DNA of 63,873 bases, filler included, from Caldilineae bacterium (GTDB lineage: Bacteria; Chloroflexota; Anaerolineae; DTLA01): assembly GCA_037446815.1 (NCBI GenBank). It is 5 parts of 5 records of this genome, joined end to end, with 100 filler letters (N's around TTAATTAATTAA, not from the genome) between each part and the next. Parts side by side here need not be neighbours in the genome. Positions count along the whole stretch, not along the records: positions 27,967 to 41,687 come from JBBIHX010000068.1; positions 41,788 to 55,474 come from JBBIHX010000069.1; 3 more parts are not named here. One strand, written 5' to 3'. The notes below the pieces were generated by a model. That model had not been told where the DNA came from. It did not search any database and saw only the letters and a list, made by a program, of their open reading frames with translations. This document shows positions 38,051 to 47,824 of the stretch, piece by piece; position 1 is the stretch's first letter; each line of letters begins with the position of its first letter. A program made the position numbers and the translations under genes.

Positions 38051-38644
38051 ATGGATGAGGCGTGGCTGCGAGCCGCCGAGGAGTTTGCCCAGGTCTCCAG
38101 GCGCGTGTGGGAGCGTGGTCTGGTGGCGGGGAGCGGCGGAAACATCAGCCTGCGCGTCGCGGGGACGGGGCTGGTGATGATCAAGCCCAGCGGCATGGCG
38201 GCCGTGGACTGCGCGCCGGAAGACCTCATCGGGCTTGATTTGAGCGGGCGCGTCCTCGTAGGAAAAGGAAAGCCGAGCAAGGATACCAACTTCCACCTGG
38301 GAATCTACCGCGCGCGCCCCGACGTGCACGGGATTGTCCACGCGCACGCACCCTGGGCCATTGCCCTGGGCCTGCTGGGCGACACGGAGTTGCCGCTGCT
38401 GACGACGCAGGCGGAGGTGAAACTGCGTCGGGTGCCGGTGCTCCCCTTCGCGCCATCGGAATCGGACGAACTGGAGGCGCTGGTGGTGGGGGCGTACCGC
38501 GAGGCCGACGTTGTCGCGGTGCTGCTGGCGCGGCATGGGCTGGTGGCGGCAGGGCCGACGCTGGCCGCGGCGGAGCAGATCGCCGAACTGGTGGAGGAGA
38601 CGGCTCAGATCGCGCTCCTGGTGCGCATTGCGGGAGGACGCTGA
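38051..38644 (+). CDS. Class II aldolase/epimerase (FucA/AraD-like)
   Basis: GGNIS, IKPSG, HAH and RHG Zn ligands. Confidence 0.88.
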   Translation: MDEAWLRAAEEFAQVSRRVWERGLVAGSGGNISLRVAGTGLVMIKPSGMAAVDCAPEDLIGLDLSGRVLVGKGKPSKDTNFHLGIYRARPDVHGIVHAHAPWAIALGLLGDTELPLLTTQAEVKLRRVPVLPFAPSESDELEALVVGAYREADVVAVLLARHGLVAAGPTLAAAEQIAELVEETAQIALLVRIAGGR

Positions 38645-38654
38645 CCGCAGGTCG

Positions 38655-40052
38655 CTAGTCGGTGTCGTGGCCGGGGAACCAGTCGCGGAGGAAGGGATAC
38701 TCGCGAATCAGATGCCGCACGGACTGCTCGCGAGGGCTGGGCTGTCCCACCTCATAGGATGCCGGGGTTGGGTATTCGGCCTGGCCCTGCAAAACGGGGT
38801 GCTGCTTGCGCTCCGGCCTCGTCATGCCAACGGAGGACAGGATGTCGGCCATCTGCTCCAGGCTTGCCAGGCTGTGGCCGGGCAGGAAGTCGTCTATGAA
38901 GGGCAGTGCCGCCACCATCCCGCGCTGGTCGGGCCGATAGCCGGGCGTGCCGAGGAGCGGGTTGAGCCAGATGAGGCGAAAGCAAGAGCGCTGCAGGCGG
39001 GCTACCTCGCGCCGCAGGAGGTCTATGTCGCCCCGGTCCCACCCGTCGCTGATGACGAGCACGACGGCGCCCCCACCTAGTACCCTCCGTGCCCATCGGA
39101 AGTTGAACGCCTTGAATGCCTCGCCGATGCGGGTTCCGCCGGACCAGTCCGACACCGCCTTGCCCATCTCGTCCATGGACTCGTCCACATCGCGATGGCG
39201 GAGGTGGTGCGTGATGCGGGTCAGGCGCGTGCCGAATACGAAGGCCTCCACCGGGACATCCTTCAGCCCGTGGGTCAGGGCGTGGATGAAGTGAAGGAGC
39301 ATGCGCGAGTACCGCTCCATGGAGCCGCTGATGTCGCAGAGGATAACCAGCGGTCGGGGGCGTTGGACGCGAAGGCGGTGGGAGAGTTTCAGCGGCTCGC
39401 CGCCGCGCGACAGGTTGTCTCGGACGATGCTGCGCATATTGACGCGGCCCTTGGGGCCTGCGTGGTAGCGGCGCGTGCGGCGCTGCCCCAGTTTCCATCC
39501 CAGGCTGGCGATGGCGCGCTTGGCCTCTTGGATTTCCTCCCACGTCATCTCACCGAAATCCTTGTGCCGCAGGACTTCGGCAGGGCTGTAGGTCTGGGTG
39601 AATTTCTGTGCGGGCACCTGCTGCTCGCCATCGCCGTCCTGCGCGGCCAGTTCCGACGGCTCGTAGCGCACGGGCCCGGTCCGCGGCCCCTCAGCGAGGC
39701 GCTCGGGCAGGCGGGCGCGCTTGGCCTTGGCGGGCTTGGTGGGGTCGCGCTTCTCAGGGGGCGGCTGCATCTCCCAGAAGATGTGGAACGCCTGGTCAAA
39801 GACCGGCATGTCCTCGCGGCGGTTCACGAGGAGTGCGCGGGCGGCATAGTAGAACGAGTCGCGGTCGGTGATGGAGACGTAGCCCAGGGCCTTCACCAGG
39901 TCCAGCATCTGGCTGAGGCTCACATTCACGCCCATGAGCCGCAGGACACGCCCGAATTGCAGGACGTGCGCCAGGAGATGGCCGCCGTTCGGAAGCCCTT
40001 CCGAATCGCCAAGCCACTCCGCAAGGAGGTCCTCTGCGTAATCTGCGCTCAT
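38655..40052 (-). CDS. VWA-domain CoxE-like protein
   Basis: CDISGSM MIDAS motif; WSGGTRIG, SDGWD and WLNPL. Confidence 0.9.
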   Translation of the reverse strand: MSADYAEDLLAEWLGDSEGLPNGGHLLAHVLQFGRVLRLMGVNVSLSQMLDLVKALGYVSITDRDSFYYAARALLVNRREDMPVFDQAFHIFWEMQPPPEKRDPTKPAKAKRARLPERLAEGPRTGPVRYEPSELAAQDGDGEQQVPAQKFTQTYSPAEVLRHKDFGEMTWEEIQEAKRAIASLGWKLGQRRTRRYHAGPKGRVNMRSIVRDNLSRGGEPLKLSHRLRVQRPRPLVILCDISGSMERYSRMLLHFIHALTHGLKDVPVEAFVFGTRLTRITHHLRHRDVDESMDEMGKAVSDWSGGTRIGEAFKAFNFRWARRVLGGGAVVLVISDGWDRGDIDLLRREVARLQRSCFRLIWLNPLLGTPGYRPDQRGMVAALPFIDDFLPGHSLASLEQMADILSSVGMTRPERKQHPVLQGQAEYPTPASYEVGQPSPREQSVRHLIREYPFLRDWFPGHDTD

Positions 40053-40095
40053 GGCATCGGTACCTGCCGGCATGGGCGGCGAGGGCATGCCCCCG

Positions 40096-41109
40096 CTAGC
40101 CGCCGCAAACGGGCGCTTCGTACCCGGCCTCGGGGTTGTACTCGGGCAGGCAGGGGTGCGGAGGCGCCATCTTCTTGTAGTCCGGCTCTTTGCCCTCGCT
40201 CTGGATGCGCGCGCGCAGGCGGGCGATCATCTTCTGGATGGGGCCGTTTCGCACCGTCTCAATGTCGTCCTGATACTTCAGCAATACGCCTAGCGTGTCG
40301 TTGACGATGTTCTCGTCCAGTTCATGGGCGTCCAGCGTAACCAGTGCCTCGGCCCAGTCCAACGTTTCGGCGATGCCCGGGACTTTGTACAGGTCCATGT
40401 GGCGGAGTTCCTGCACGAGGAGCACCAACTGCTGGGCAAGGTGCGAGGTTGCCTCGGGCACCTTCAGCATGACGATTTGGTATTCCTTCTCGGCGGTGGG
40501 GTAGTCTATCCAGTGGTAGATGCACCGCCGCTTGAGGGCGTCGTGAATCTCACGGGTGCGGTTGGAGGTGATGATGACGATGGGCGGTTCTTTGGCGCGG
40601 ATAGTTCCGATTTCGGGAATGGTGATCTGGTAGTCGCTCAGCAGTTCCAGGAGGAATGCCTCAAACTCCGCGTCGGACCGGTCTAGTTCGTCAATGAGCA
40701 GGACAGGCGCTGTGCCGCGCTCGCTCAACTCAAAGGCCTGGAGCAGGGGCCGCTTGATGAGGTACTTCTCGCTGAACAGGTCCTGTTCAATGTCGCCGCC
40801 GCATTTGCCGTCCTGGGCCTCCAGCGCGCGGATGTGGAGCAACTGGCGCGCGTAGTTCCACTCGTAGATGGTGCTGTTCACGTCCAGCCCCTCATAGCAC
40901 TGGAGCCGAATCAGCGGGCGGTCTAGCATCTCGGCCAGCGTCTTGGCGATTTGGGTCTTTCCGACGCCAGCCTCGCCTTCCAGCAGCAGCGGCTTGTGTA
41001 GCCGCAGCGTCAGGAAGAGCGACGTGGCCAGAGCCTGGTCGGCTACGTACGCGTGCTCCAGCAGGGCTTGCTGCAAATCTCTGATGGTGTAGAAGTCTTT
41101 GGCGGCCAT
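40096..41109 (-). CDS. MoxR-family AAA+ ATPase (CoxD-like)
   Basis: LEGEAGVGKT, RLQCYEG, LLIDE and HDALKRRC motifs. Confidence 0.92.
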   Translation of the reverse strand: MAAKDFYTIRDLQQALLEHAYVADQALATSLFLTLRLHKPLLLEGEAGVGKTQIAKTLAEMLDRPLIRLQCYEGLDVNSTIYEWNYARQLLHIRALEAQDGKCGGDIEQDLFSEKYLIKRPLLQAFELSERGTAPVLLIDELDRSDAEFEAFLLELLSDYQITIPEIGTIRAKEPPIVIITSNRTREIHDALKRRCIYHWIDYPTAEKEYQIVMLKVPEATSHLAQQLVLLVQELRHMDLYKVPGIAETLDWAEALVTLDAHELDENIVNDTLGVLLKYQDDIETVRNGPIQKMIARLRARIQSEGKEPDYKKMAPPHPCLPEYNPEAGYEAPVCGG

Positions 41110-41363
41110 AGTTTCCCTTCGGTAGTCGTTGTTCCTAGTCCCGTCGCGCCCGGGCCATGCCGGGCCGTCGGGAAAGGCAGAGCATTTGTCAACGATGGAA
41201 TTATACGCCACAACGCGGAGCGCGTCAAGAAACGTAGAAACGGTCATGTTCACAACTCCCGATGCGAGGGCGGACGGGGTAGGAAACGTGCGGCGCACTT
41301 CCGAAGTGCGTCGCACGTACCCTATTCGCGCGGATTCGTGTTGTTCGTGGCTACAACCCTACC

Positions 41364-41687
41364 GAGATTCTTCGCGGCTTCGCCGCTCAGAATGACAGCA
41401 CGCGCCAATAGGCTCGGGAACCGAACGTTTGGCGCGAGTCGGTTTCATCTTGTGTTGGTCTGCCCCGCACGCCGACTCCCCGCTCTGTCATGCTGAGCCG
41501 AAGGCGAAGCATCTCGGTCAGCGAGATTCTTCGCGGCTTCGCCGCTCAGAATGACAGCACGCGCCAATAGGCTCGGGAACCGAACGTTTGGCGCGAGTCG
41601 GTTTCATCTTGTGTTGGTCTGCCCCGCACGCCGACTCCCCGCTCTGTCATGCTGAGCCGAAGGCGAAGCATCTCGGTCAGCGAGATT
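41364..41687. mobile_element. Tandem MITE copies at contig end (159-bp period: 151-bp element plus 8-bp TTTGGCGC)
   Basis: GAGTCGGTTTCA starts at 41436 and 41595; units separated by TTTGGCGC; may be partly an assembly artefact. Confidence 0.65.
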
Positions 41688-41787
41688 NNNNNNNNNNNNN
41701 NNNNNNNNNNNNNNNNNNNNNNNNNNNNNNNTTAATTAATTAANNNNNNNNNNNNNNNNNNNNNNNNNNNNNNNNNNNNNNNNNNNN
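41688..41787. other. Artificial contig-joining linker
   Basis: N run with TTAATTAATTAA; MITE fragments on both sides (right end at 41788-41859). Confidence 0.97.
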
Positions 41788-41932
41788 ACGCTGCGGCGAT
41801 TGCTTCGGGCGCTCCGCGCCCTCGCAATGACAAATACCAACAGACTCTGGAACCGAGTCCCCATCAGGAACGTCCTTGACGCCTCTTTGGATTCTCGCTA
41901 TACTCGCCGTATCCTGGTGAAGGAGGCGGCCT

Positions 41933-42439
41933 ATGGCACTGTACTGCAGCAGGGAAATCTTTGAGGCTTTGGAGGGGCTGGACTTTCCGGCGACGAAAGC
42001 GCAAATCATCGGGTACGCCACTCAGCGCGATGCGTCCGAGGCCGTTCTCATCTCGCTGAACAGCCTGCCGGATGGCGTGGAGTTCAAGGACATCGGCGCG
42101 GTGTGCGACAACGTGAGCATCGTCTGCTCGCTGGACGTGTACCGGGCGTTGGAGGGCATTCGCTTCCCCGCCACCAAGCCCGAACTCCTGGCCTACGCCG
42201 TGAACCGCAACGCGCCGGAGAGCGTCCTGGCGGCCCTGCGCGCGCTGGCCCCCCGGCATCGCTACCTGAGCATCGGCGAGGTGTGCAGCAATGTCCTCGT
42301 CGTGGAGGGGGAGGAAGTCCTCGCCAATGTTACCATCAGCGCGGTGTACGAGGGCGGGGTGTTCCGCCCCTTGGAGAGCGTCCCCTTTCCCGAGGGCTTG
42401 CGCGTGCGGCTGATTGTGGAGCCGCTCGGCAAAGCGTAG
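41933..42439 (+). CDS. Tandem DUF2795-like domains fused to a DUF104/AF2212-like domain
   Basis: Two 'LEG(L/I)xFPATK...LP' repeats; C-terminal ISAVYEGGVFRPL...PEGLRVRLIV. Confidence 0.75.
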   Translation: MALYCSREIFEALEGLDFPATKAQIIGYATQRDASEAVLISLNSLPDGVEFKDIGAVCDNVSIVCSLDVYRALEGIRFPATKPELLAYAVNRNAPESVLAALRALAPRHRYLSIGEVCSNVLVVEGEEVLANVTISAVYEGGVFRPLESVPFPEGLRVRLIVEPLGKA

Positions 42440-42449
42440 CGAGGTGCGT

Positions 42450-42662
42450 ATGCGACAGCGCAGGGGTTGTCTTGAGGGCCTTCTCCAGATGTTCCTGCTC
42501 ACGGCCGCTTTTGACTGGCTGGAGAAGCGGTTTGGCTTCGGTCGCGGCGCGTCGTGCACCGGCTGCGGCTGCGGGATCATCCTGCTCATCATCTTCCTGA
42601 TCCTGCTCTGCAACATCGTGGGCGGGACGGACTGGTTCCGCCTGAAGGCGCTGCTGCCGTGA
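42450..42662 (+). CDS. Small Cys-rich membrane protein
   Basis: GAGGTG RBS; SCTGCGCG followed by a TM helix. Confidence 0.65.
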   Translation: MRQRRGCLEGLLQMFLLTAAFDWLEKRFGFGRGASCTGCGCGIILLIIFLILLCNIVGGTDWFRLKALLP

Positions 42663-42675
42663 GGGTGGAGCGGCC

Positions 42676-43095
42676 ATGCGGGTAGCGGTCTCTGAGGAGC
42701 GCCTGGAGACGCGCGGGCATACCGATATTCTGGACATCACGGGCCGCGTGCAAGCCGCCGTGGCCTCGGCGGGCATCGTCAACGGCGTTGCCATCGCCTT
42801 TGTGCCCGGCTCCACGGCCTCCATCACGACCATTGAGGACGAGCCCGGGCTTCACGCCGATTTGCGCGCGGCGCTGGAGCGGTTGGCGCCCGAAGGCGGC
42901 GCATACCAGCACGACCGCCGCTGGGGCGATGGCAACGGCTATGCCCACGTGCGGGCCGCCGTTCTGGGGCCGTCGGTGGCCGTGCCGGTGCAGGGCGGGC
43001 GGCTGATGCTGGGCACCTGGCAGCAGATCGTGCTGGTGGATTTTGACAACCGTCCTCGCACCCGCCGCGTGGTGATTCAGGTCATCGGCGAGTGA
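42676..43095 (+). CDS. YjbQ/UPF0047 family protein
   Basis: DITxxV, NGYAH and LGTWQQI..DFD..RTR motifs. Confidence 0.9.
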   Translation: MRVAVSEERLETRGHTDILDITGRVQAAVASAGIVNGVAIAFVPGSTASITTIEDEPGLHADLRAALERLAPEGGAYQHDRRWGDGNGYAHVRAAVLGPSVAVPVQGGRLMLGTWQQIVLVDFDNRPRTRRVVIQVIGE

Positions 43096-43099
43096 GCAC

Positions 43100-45184
43100 A
43101 TGCCTTCCCGCCGCGTTTTGCTCGTTGCAGTCGCCATTGCGGGCATCGCGCTGCTGGTCTATCTGCTGACCCTGGCGCCCGGCGTGGGGTTCACCGACAG
43201 CGGCGAATTGACGGTCGCCGCGCACACGCTGGGCATTCCCCATTCGCCGGGATTCCCGCTGTACGTCTTGCTGGGCTGGGCGTTCGGGCATTTGCCTCTG
43301 GGCGCGGTCGCGTGGCGGCTGAACCTGATGTCGGCCTTCTGGGCGGCGCTGGCCGTCGGCGGGTTCTTTCTGCTGGCGTGGCGCACCCTGCCGGAGGAGC
43401 CGCTCCACGAACCCCAGCGACCGTGCGTGAAGAAACGGGAAGTCCTTCGCGTGGATGCGCGCGATTCGCGGTTGGCTCGCGTTCTCGCCGCCGGGTGCGC
43501 GGCGCTGTGCCTGGCCTTCGGCATCACGCTGTGGAACTGGGCCACCGTGGCCGAGGTGTACACGCTGCAGGCGGCGGTGGTAGTCGCCATGCTGCTGGCG
43601 GTGTCTGCGGCATTGGGCGGGGGCGGGCGATGGGCGTGGCTCGCCGCGGGGCTGTGCTTTGGCCTGGGGCTGGCGAACCACCACGTGACGACGCTGGTCT
43701 TCGCGCCGGCGCTCGCATTCCTCGTGCTGGGGTCCCGCGAGCACAGGCGCGCCTTGGCCCGCGGCTGGCTCCCCGCGGCGCTGGGGCTTTTGCTCGGCCT
43801 CGCGCTCTACCTGTACCTACCCATCCGCGCCGCGCAACAACCGCTGCTGAATTGGGGCAACCCCGTCAATCTTCGGCGCTTGTGGTGGCACATCACGGGC
43901 AAGCAGTACCAGGTCAACCTCCTGGCAGTGCCGCCGGATGAGATTCTAGCGAACCTGTCCTTCGGCTTGCGCCTGTGGTGGGGGCAGTTCACGCCGCCGG
44001 GGTTCCTGCTGGCCGCGTGGGGGCTAGTGGCGTTGTGGCGGCGCGATCGGCGGGCGGCGCTGTTCGGCCTCCTCGTCGTGCTGGTGAATGTGGCGTTCGC
44101 GTCGCACTATGACATCGCCGAGGACAGCGACGCCTACTACCTCCCCACGTTCCTCATGACGGCCCTGTGGCTGGCCTGGGGCGTGCACGCGGGGCTGGCG
44201 TGGCTTCGTGGCAAGGGCGCGCTGCCCGCCGAGCGGTCGTCCGCGTCGCAGGGTCGCCGCAAACGCGGAGGGGGCGAGAGGCCAGGCGTGGCGCGCGGCG
44301 GAGCAAGGCGTTTCTCCTGGGCGGGTGGGTACGCCGCTGTGGCGCTGCTGGTGGCGCTGAATCTGGGCGTTCACTGGCGGCTGTGCGACAAGCATCGGCT
44401 GCACCTGCCCGAAGACTACGCGGCGCAAGCATTGTCGGAGTTGGAGACGGGCGGCACGCTCCTGACCCGCGATTGGCAGATGTACGCGCCCTCGCTGTAT
44501 CTTCAGCATGTGGAGGGCCGCCGCCCCGACGCGCGCATCATTGACGTGGAGTTGGTGCGCCGCACGTGGTATCTGGACTACCTCGCGCGCCGGTATCCTG
44601 ACCTCATGGTGCGATGCCGCGCCGAACTGGACGCCTACCGCGAGCAATTGTACCGGTTTGAGTACGATTTGCCCTACGACGCGGCGACGATTCAGGAGCG
44701 GTACATCGCCTTGCTGAACGCCTTCATCCGCGAGGGCCAGCCTGCACACGTAGGCCTGGACATGGAGGCGGGGGTGGGGGACGATTGGGTGGGCGTCCCG
44801 CTGGGGGTAACCATCGCACTGCGCCGCGACGATGTGTTCCAGCCGTATGATACGGCGGGCGTGCGCGGGCGCGGACTAAACGATGGCACGATTCCCGTGG
44901 ATGCCGTGGTCAAGAAGATTCGCCGCACCTACGCGGCGGTGCGAACATACCGGGGCGTTTACTTGGCCCGCCACGGGCGCGCCGACGATGCGCTGGGCGC
45001 ATGGGACAAGGCCGCGCAACTGGATCCGGAATACGCGCTTCCGCATCGGCTGGCGGGAGACCTGTACGCGCAGACGGGCCGCATTCCCGAGGCGCGGGCC
45101 GCCTATGAGCGCGCCCTGGCCGTCAACCCGCGGGACGCGGCGGCGCAACAGGGGCTTCAAGCCCTCGGCGGCACGAGGCAATAG
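43100..45184 (+). CDS. DUF2723 (TMEM260-like GT-C) membrane glycosyltransferase with C-terminal TPR
   Basis: DSGEL, IPHSPGFPLY, AEVYTL, ANHH and YLPIRA...NWG motifs. Confidence 0.85.
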   Translation: MPSRRVLLVAVAIAGIALLVYLLTLAPGVGFTDSGELTVAAHTLGIPHSPGFPLYVLLGWAFGHLPLGAVAWRLNLMSAFWAALAVGGFFLLAWRTLPEEPLHEPQRPCVKKREVLRVDARDSRLARVLAAGCAALCLAFGITLWNWATVAEVYTLQAAVVVAMLLAVSAALGGGGRWAWLAAGLCFGLGLANHHVTTLVFAPALAFLVLGSREHRRALARGWLPAALGLLLGLALYLYLPIRAAQQPLLNWGNPVNLRRLWWHITGKQYQVNLLAVPPDEILANLSFGLRLWWGQFTPPGFLLAAWGLVALWRRDRRAALFGLLVVLVNVAFASHYDIAEDSDAYYLPTFLMTALWLAWGVHAGLAWLRGKGALPAERSSASQGRRKRGGGERPGVARGGARRFSWAGGYAAVALLVALNLGVHWRLCDKHRLHLPEDYAAQALSELETGGTLLTRDWQMYAPSLYLQHVEGRRPDARIIDVELVRRTWYLDYLARRYPDLMVRCRAELDAYREQLYRFEYDLPYDAATIQERYIALLNAFIREGQPAHVGLDMEAGVGDDWVGVPLGVTIALRRDDVFQPYDTAGVRGRGLNDGTIPVDAVVKKIRRTYAAVRTYRGVYLARHGRADDALGAWDKAAQLDPEYALPHRLAGDLYAQTGRIPEARAAYERALAVNPRDAAAQQGLQALGGTRQ

Positions 45185-46163
45185 CCTCTTGCAGGGCTAG
45201 GCGAATGGGCGTGTAGGTCAGCCCGAGTTCGCGCTCCGCCTTGCTCCCGTCAAATCGGAACCCTTCGCGCGTCGTGCGCATGGCGTCCACGGAGATGACC
45301 CACCCTCGGTCGCGCGACATGCCCCACGTTGGCGGCCGTTTCACCCGATCGGCGATGTAGGTGAGCGCGCCCGCGATGGCCATGATGACCGGCCCGGGCA
45401 GGCGCAGCCGCGGCATGGGCGCGCCCGACAGTTCGCTGATGAGGGCGCTGTATTGCCGATTGGACAATTGCTCCTTGCCGAGCAGGTACTTCTCGCCGAT
45501 ATTGTTCGGCCTCGCCAGCGCCCGCGCGATGCCGTCGGCCACGTCGCGCACGTGCACGTAGGTGAACACCGCGTCGTCAAAACCGGTCGCCGGGATGCGC
45601 CCGCGCAGGAAGTCGCGGATGTAGAGGCCCGTGAATTTGGGGTCGCCAGGCCCCAGCACCACGCCGGGGTAGATGACCACCAGCGGCAGGCCGCGCTTCT
45701 CGTGGAGTTCCCACGCGACGAGATCGCCCGCGTATTTTGTCTCGGCGTATTCGCTGAATCGGACGGGGCCGACAGGGGTCTCCTCGGTGAAAGGGCATTC
45801 GGCGGGGCGTCCGTACACGGCGGCGGTGCTGATGTGGACGACCTTGGCGACGCCCGTCTCCAGGGCGCTCTCCATGACGTTGCGCGTCCCGTCTATGTTG
45901 ACGGCGGCGTACAGGGAGCGGTCGGGCTGCCAGAAGGAGTACAGGTTGGCCAGGTGCACGGCCCAGTCGCAGCCGCGCATCGCCGCGAGCACCGAGTCCT
46001 TGTCCAGCACGTCGCCGATGACGACGGTCGCCCCGCGCTCGCGGAGCCAGGCGGGGTCGCTCGTCCTGCGCACCAGGCACACGAGTTCGTGCCCGTCCTG
46101 CATCAGGCGGGTTACCGCGTGCCTGCCGATGAATCCCAGCGCGCCGGTGAGAAAAACCCTCAT
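45123..46163 (-). CDS. NAD-dependent epimerase/dehydratase (DFR/HpnA-like)
   Basis: TGALGFIG, ST and YAETK motifs. Confidence 0.9.
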   Translation of the reverse strand: MRVFLTGALGFIGRHAVTRLMQDGHELVCLVRRTSDPAWLRERGATVVIGDVLDKDSVLAAMRGCDWAVHLANLYSFWQPDRSLYAAVNIDGTRNVMESALETGVAKVVHISTAAVYGRPAECPFTEETPVGPVRFSEYAETKYAGDLVAWELHEKRGLPLVVIYPGVVLGPGDPKFTGLYIRDFLRGRIPATGFDDAVFTYVHVRDVADGIARALARPNNIGEKYLLGKEQLSNRQYSALISELSGAPMPRLRLPGPVIMAIAGALTYIADRVKRPPTWGMSRDRGWVISVDAMRTTREGFRFDGSKAERELGLTYTPIRLALQEAIASCRRGLEAPVAPPRPAG

Positions 46164-46169
46164 GCGCGG

Positions 46170-46319
46170 GGGTCGGTTCCATCTTGTGTTGGTGAAACGC
46201 ATGGACACTCTCCTCGTGTGTCGTTGCGAGCGAAGCGAAGCAACCTCACGCCCCAGAGATTGCTTCGGGCGCTCCGCGCCCTCGCAATGACAAATACCAA
46301 CAGACTTTGGAACCGAATC
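46170..46319. mobile_element. 150-bp MITE copy, TSD ATGCGCGG, at the start codon of the epimerase
   Basis: ..TCGGTTCCA...TGGAACCGAATC; ATGCGCGG at 46162-46169 and 46320-46327. Confidence 0.85.
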
Positions 46320-46343
46320 ATGCGCGGCTCCTTGTCGCCTGTG

Positions 46344-47534
46344 CTATGCCTCCGATTCCGGCGCGGCCTGCACGGATGAGACCCGCGCGCCGTTCAAGAA
46401 CACGAGGGAGCCGAGGAAGCCGATGAGCATGATGGCGGCCCCCGTGTAGTAGGGCATGTGGTAACTGATGCTGAACACGGCCCCGCCCCACAATGGCCCT
46501 GCCACTCGCCCCAGGCTCATGAACGACTGCTGGATGCCCATGGCGGTGCCCTGGCCGGTCTCCGCCCGCTTGGAGATGTAGGACGAAAGCGCGGGATTCA
46601 AGAACGCACTCCCGAGGTTCTGCACGGCGACGAACAGGATGAGCGTTGCCAGGTTCGTCGCTCGCGTAACCAGCAGGTACCCGACGGCCGTCATGAGCAG
46701 GGCCGTGCGGCTGACCCAAATCTCGCCCCATCGGTTGACGGCCTTGCCCACGACCACGCCCTGGAGCACAACGCCGATGATGCCCACGACGGTGAATACA
46801 GTGCCCACCTCGGCGCTGCCGAAGCCCAATTTGGCCTCCACGAACAGGGCGAACATGGATTCCAGGTTGCCCATGGCGAAGGCGATGAGGAACGACAGGA
46901 AGAAGACGTAGCCCAGGCGGCCCTTGAGCGCGGCCCACAGCGAAGGCCGTCGTGCTCGGTGCGCGCGCTCGGTGCGGCGCTCGGGCGGCAGCGACTCGGG
47001 GAGCATGAAGAAGGCGAAGGCCGCGGTGAGGAACCCAAGCCCGCCGGCCACGAGAAACGGCACGCGGAAACTCAAGACGCCGAGGTAGCCGCCGAGGGCC
47101 GGCCCGAAGATCATGCCGAGGCCCATGGCCGCGCCCATCAGCCCCATGCCGCCGCCCCGCTCTCGCTCGGAGGTGGAGTCGCCGATGTAGGCCATGGCCG
47201 TGGGCAGGGTGGCCGAGGTCAGGATGCCGCCCAGGATGCGGGCGGCGAACAGCATCCACAGGCGGGTGGACATGGCGAACATCAGGAACGTCAGGCCGAA
47301 GCCCAGCAGCCCCAGCAGAAGCACAGGGCGCCGCCCGACGCGGTCGGAATATCGGCCCCAGATGGGGGCGAAGATGAACTGCATCAGGGAATACGACGCC
47401 ATGAGCGAGCCGAGGTGCACGGACGTGGCCCCCATGGATTCGGCGAAGTAGGGGAGGATGGGGATGATGATGCCGAACCCAATCATGACGATGAATAGGC
47501 CGACGAACAGGATCAGGATTTGACGGTTTTTCAC
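46344..47534 (-). CDS. MFS drug:H+ antiporter (DHA1/TetA-like)
   Basis: GRYSDRVGRRP motif A and GPALGG motif C; 12 TM helices. Confidence 0.92.
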   Translation of the reverse strand: MKNRQILILFVGLFIVMIGFGIIIPILPYFAESMGATSVHLGSLMASYSLMQFIFAPIWGRYSDRVGRRPVLLLGLLGFGLTFLMFAMSTRLWMLFAARILGGILTSATLPTAMAYIGDSTSERERGGGMGLMGAAMGLGMIFGPALGGYLGVLSFRVPFLVAGGLGFLTAAFAFFMLPESLPPERRTERAHRARRPSLWAALKGRLGYVFFLSFLIAFAMGNLESMFALFVEAKLGFGSAEVGTVFTVVGIIGVVLQGVVVGKAVNRWGEIWVSRTALLMTAVGYLLVTRATNLATLILFVAVQNLGSAFLNPALSSYISKRAETGQGTAMGIQQSFMSLGRVAGPLWGGAVFSISYHMPYYTGAAIMLIGFLGSLVFLNGARVSSVQAAPESEA

Positions 47535-47824
47535 AGGCAGTCCTTGTGTAGATTATGTTGCGACGCGAATTGTATGCCCACGCGGGCGGGCTGTCAATTC
47601 ATGTGAGCGCGCGGCGGGCCTGGTGTATTCACGGATTACACGGATTGCCCGGAGGTGGAGCAAAACGGGCGATTTGCTCCACGAGGTTCTTCGGCGCTGC
47701 GTGCGCCAGAATGACAGCAGGCGCCGGCAGATCTTGGAGCCGCGCCGCCGCGCCCTCCTGACCCAGTTTGCCAATCTGATGAGTTCCCGTATAATGAGGG
47801 TTCAGACTAATACCTGGGGGATGT

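Noticed and set aside
41364..41687. 159-bp tandem repeat resembling a CRISPR or other array
   Set aside because: The units are identical MITE copies with no unique spacers and no cas genes nearby; it lies at a contig end, so it may be a mis-assembly.
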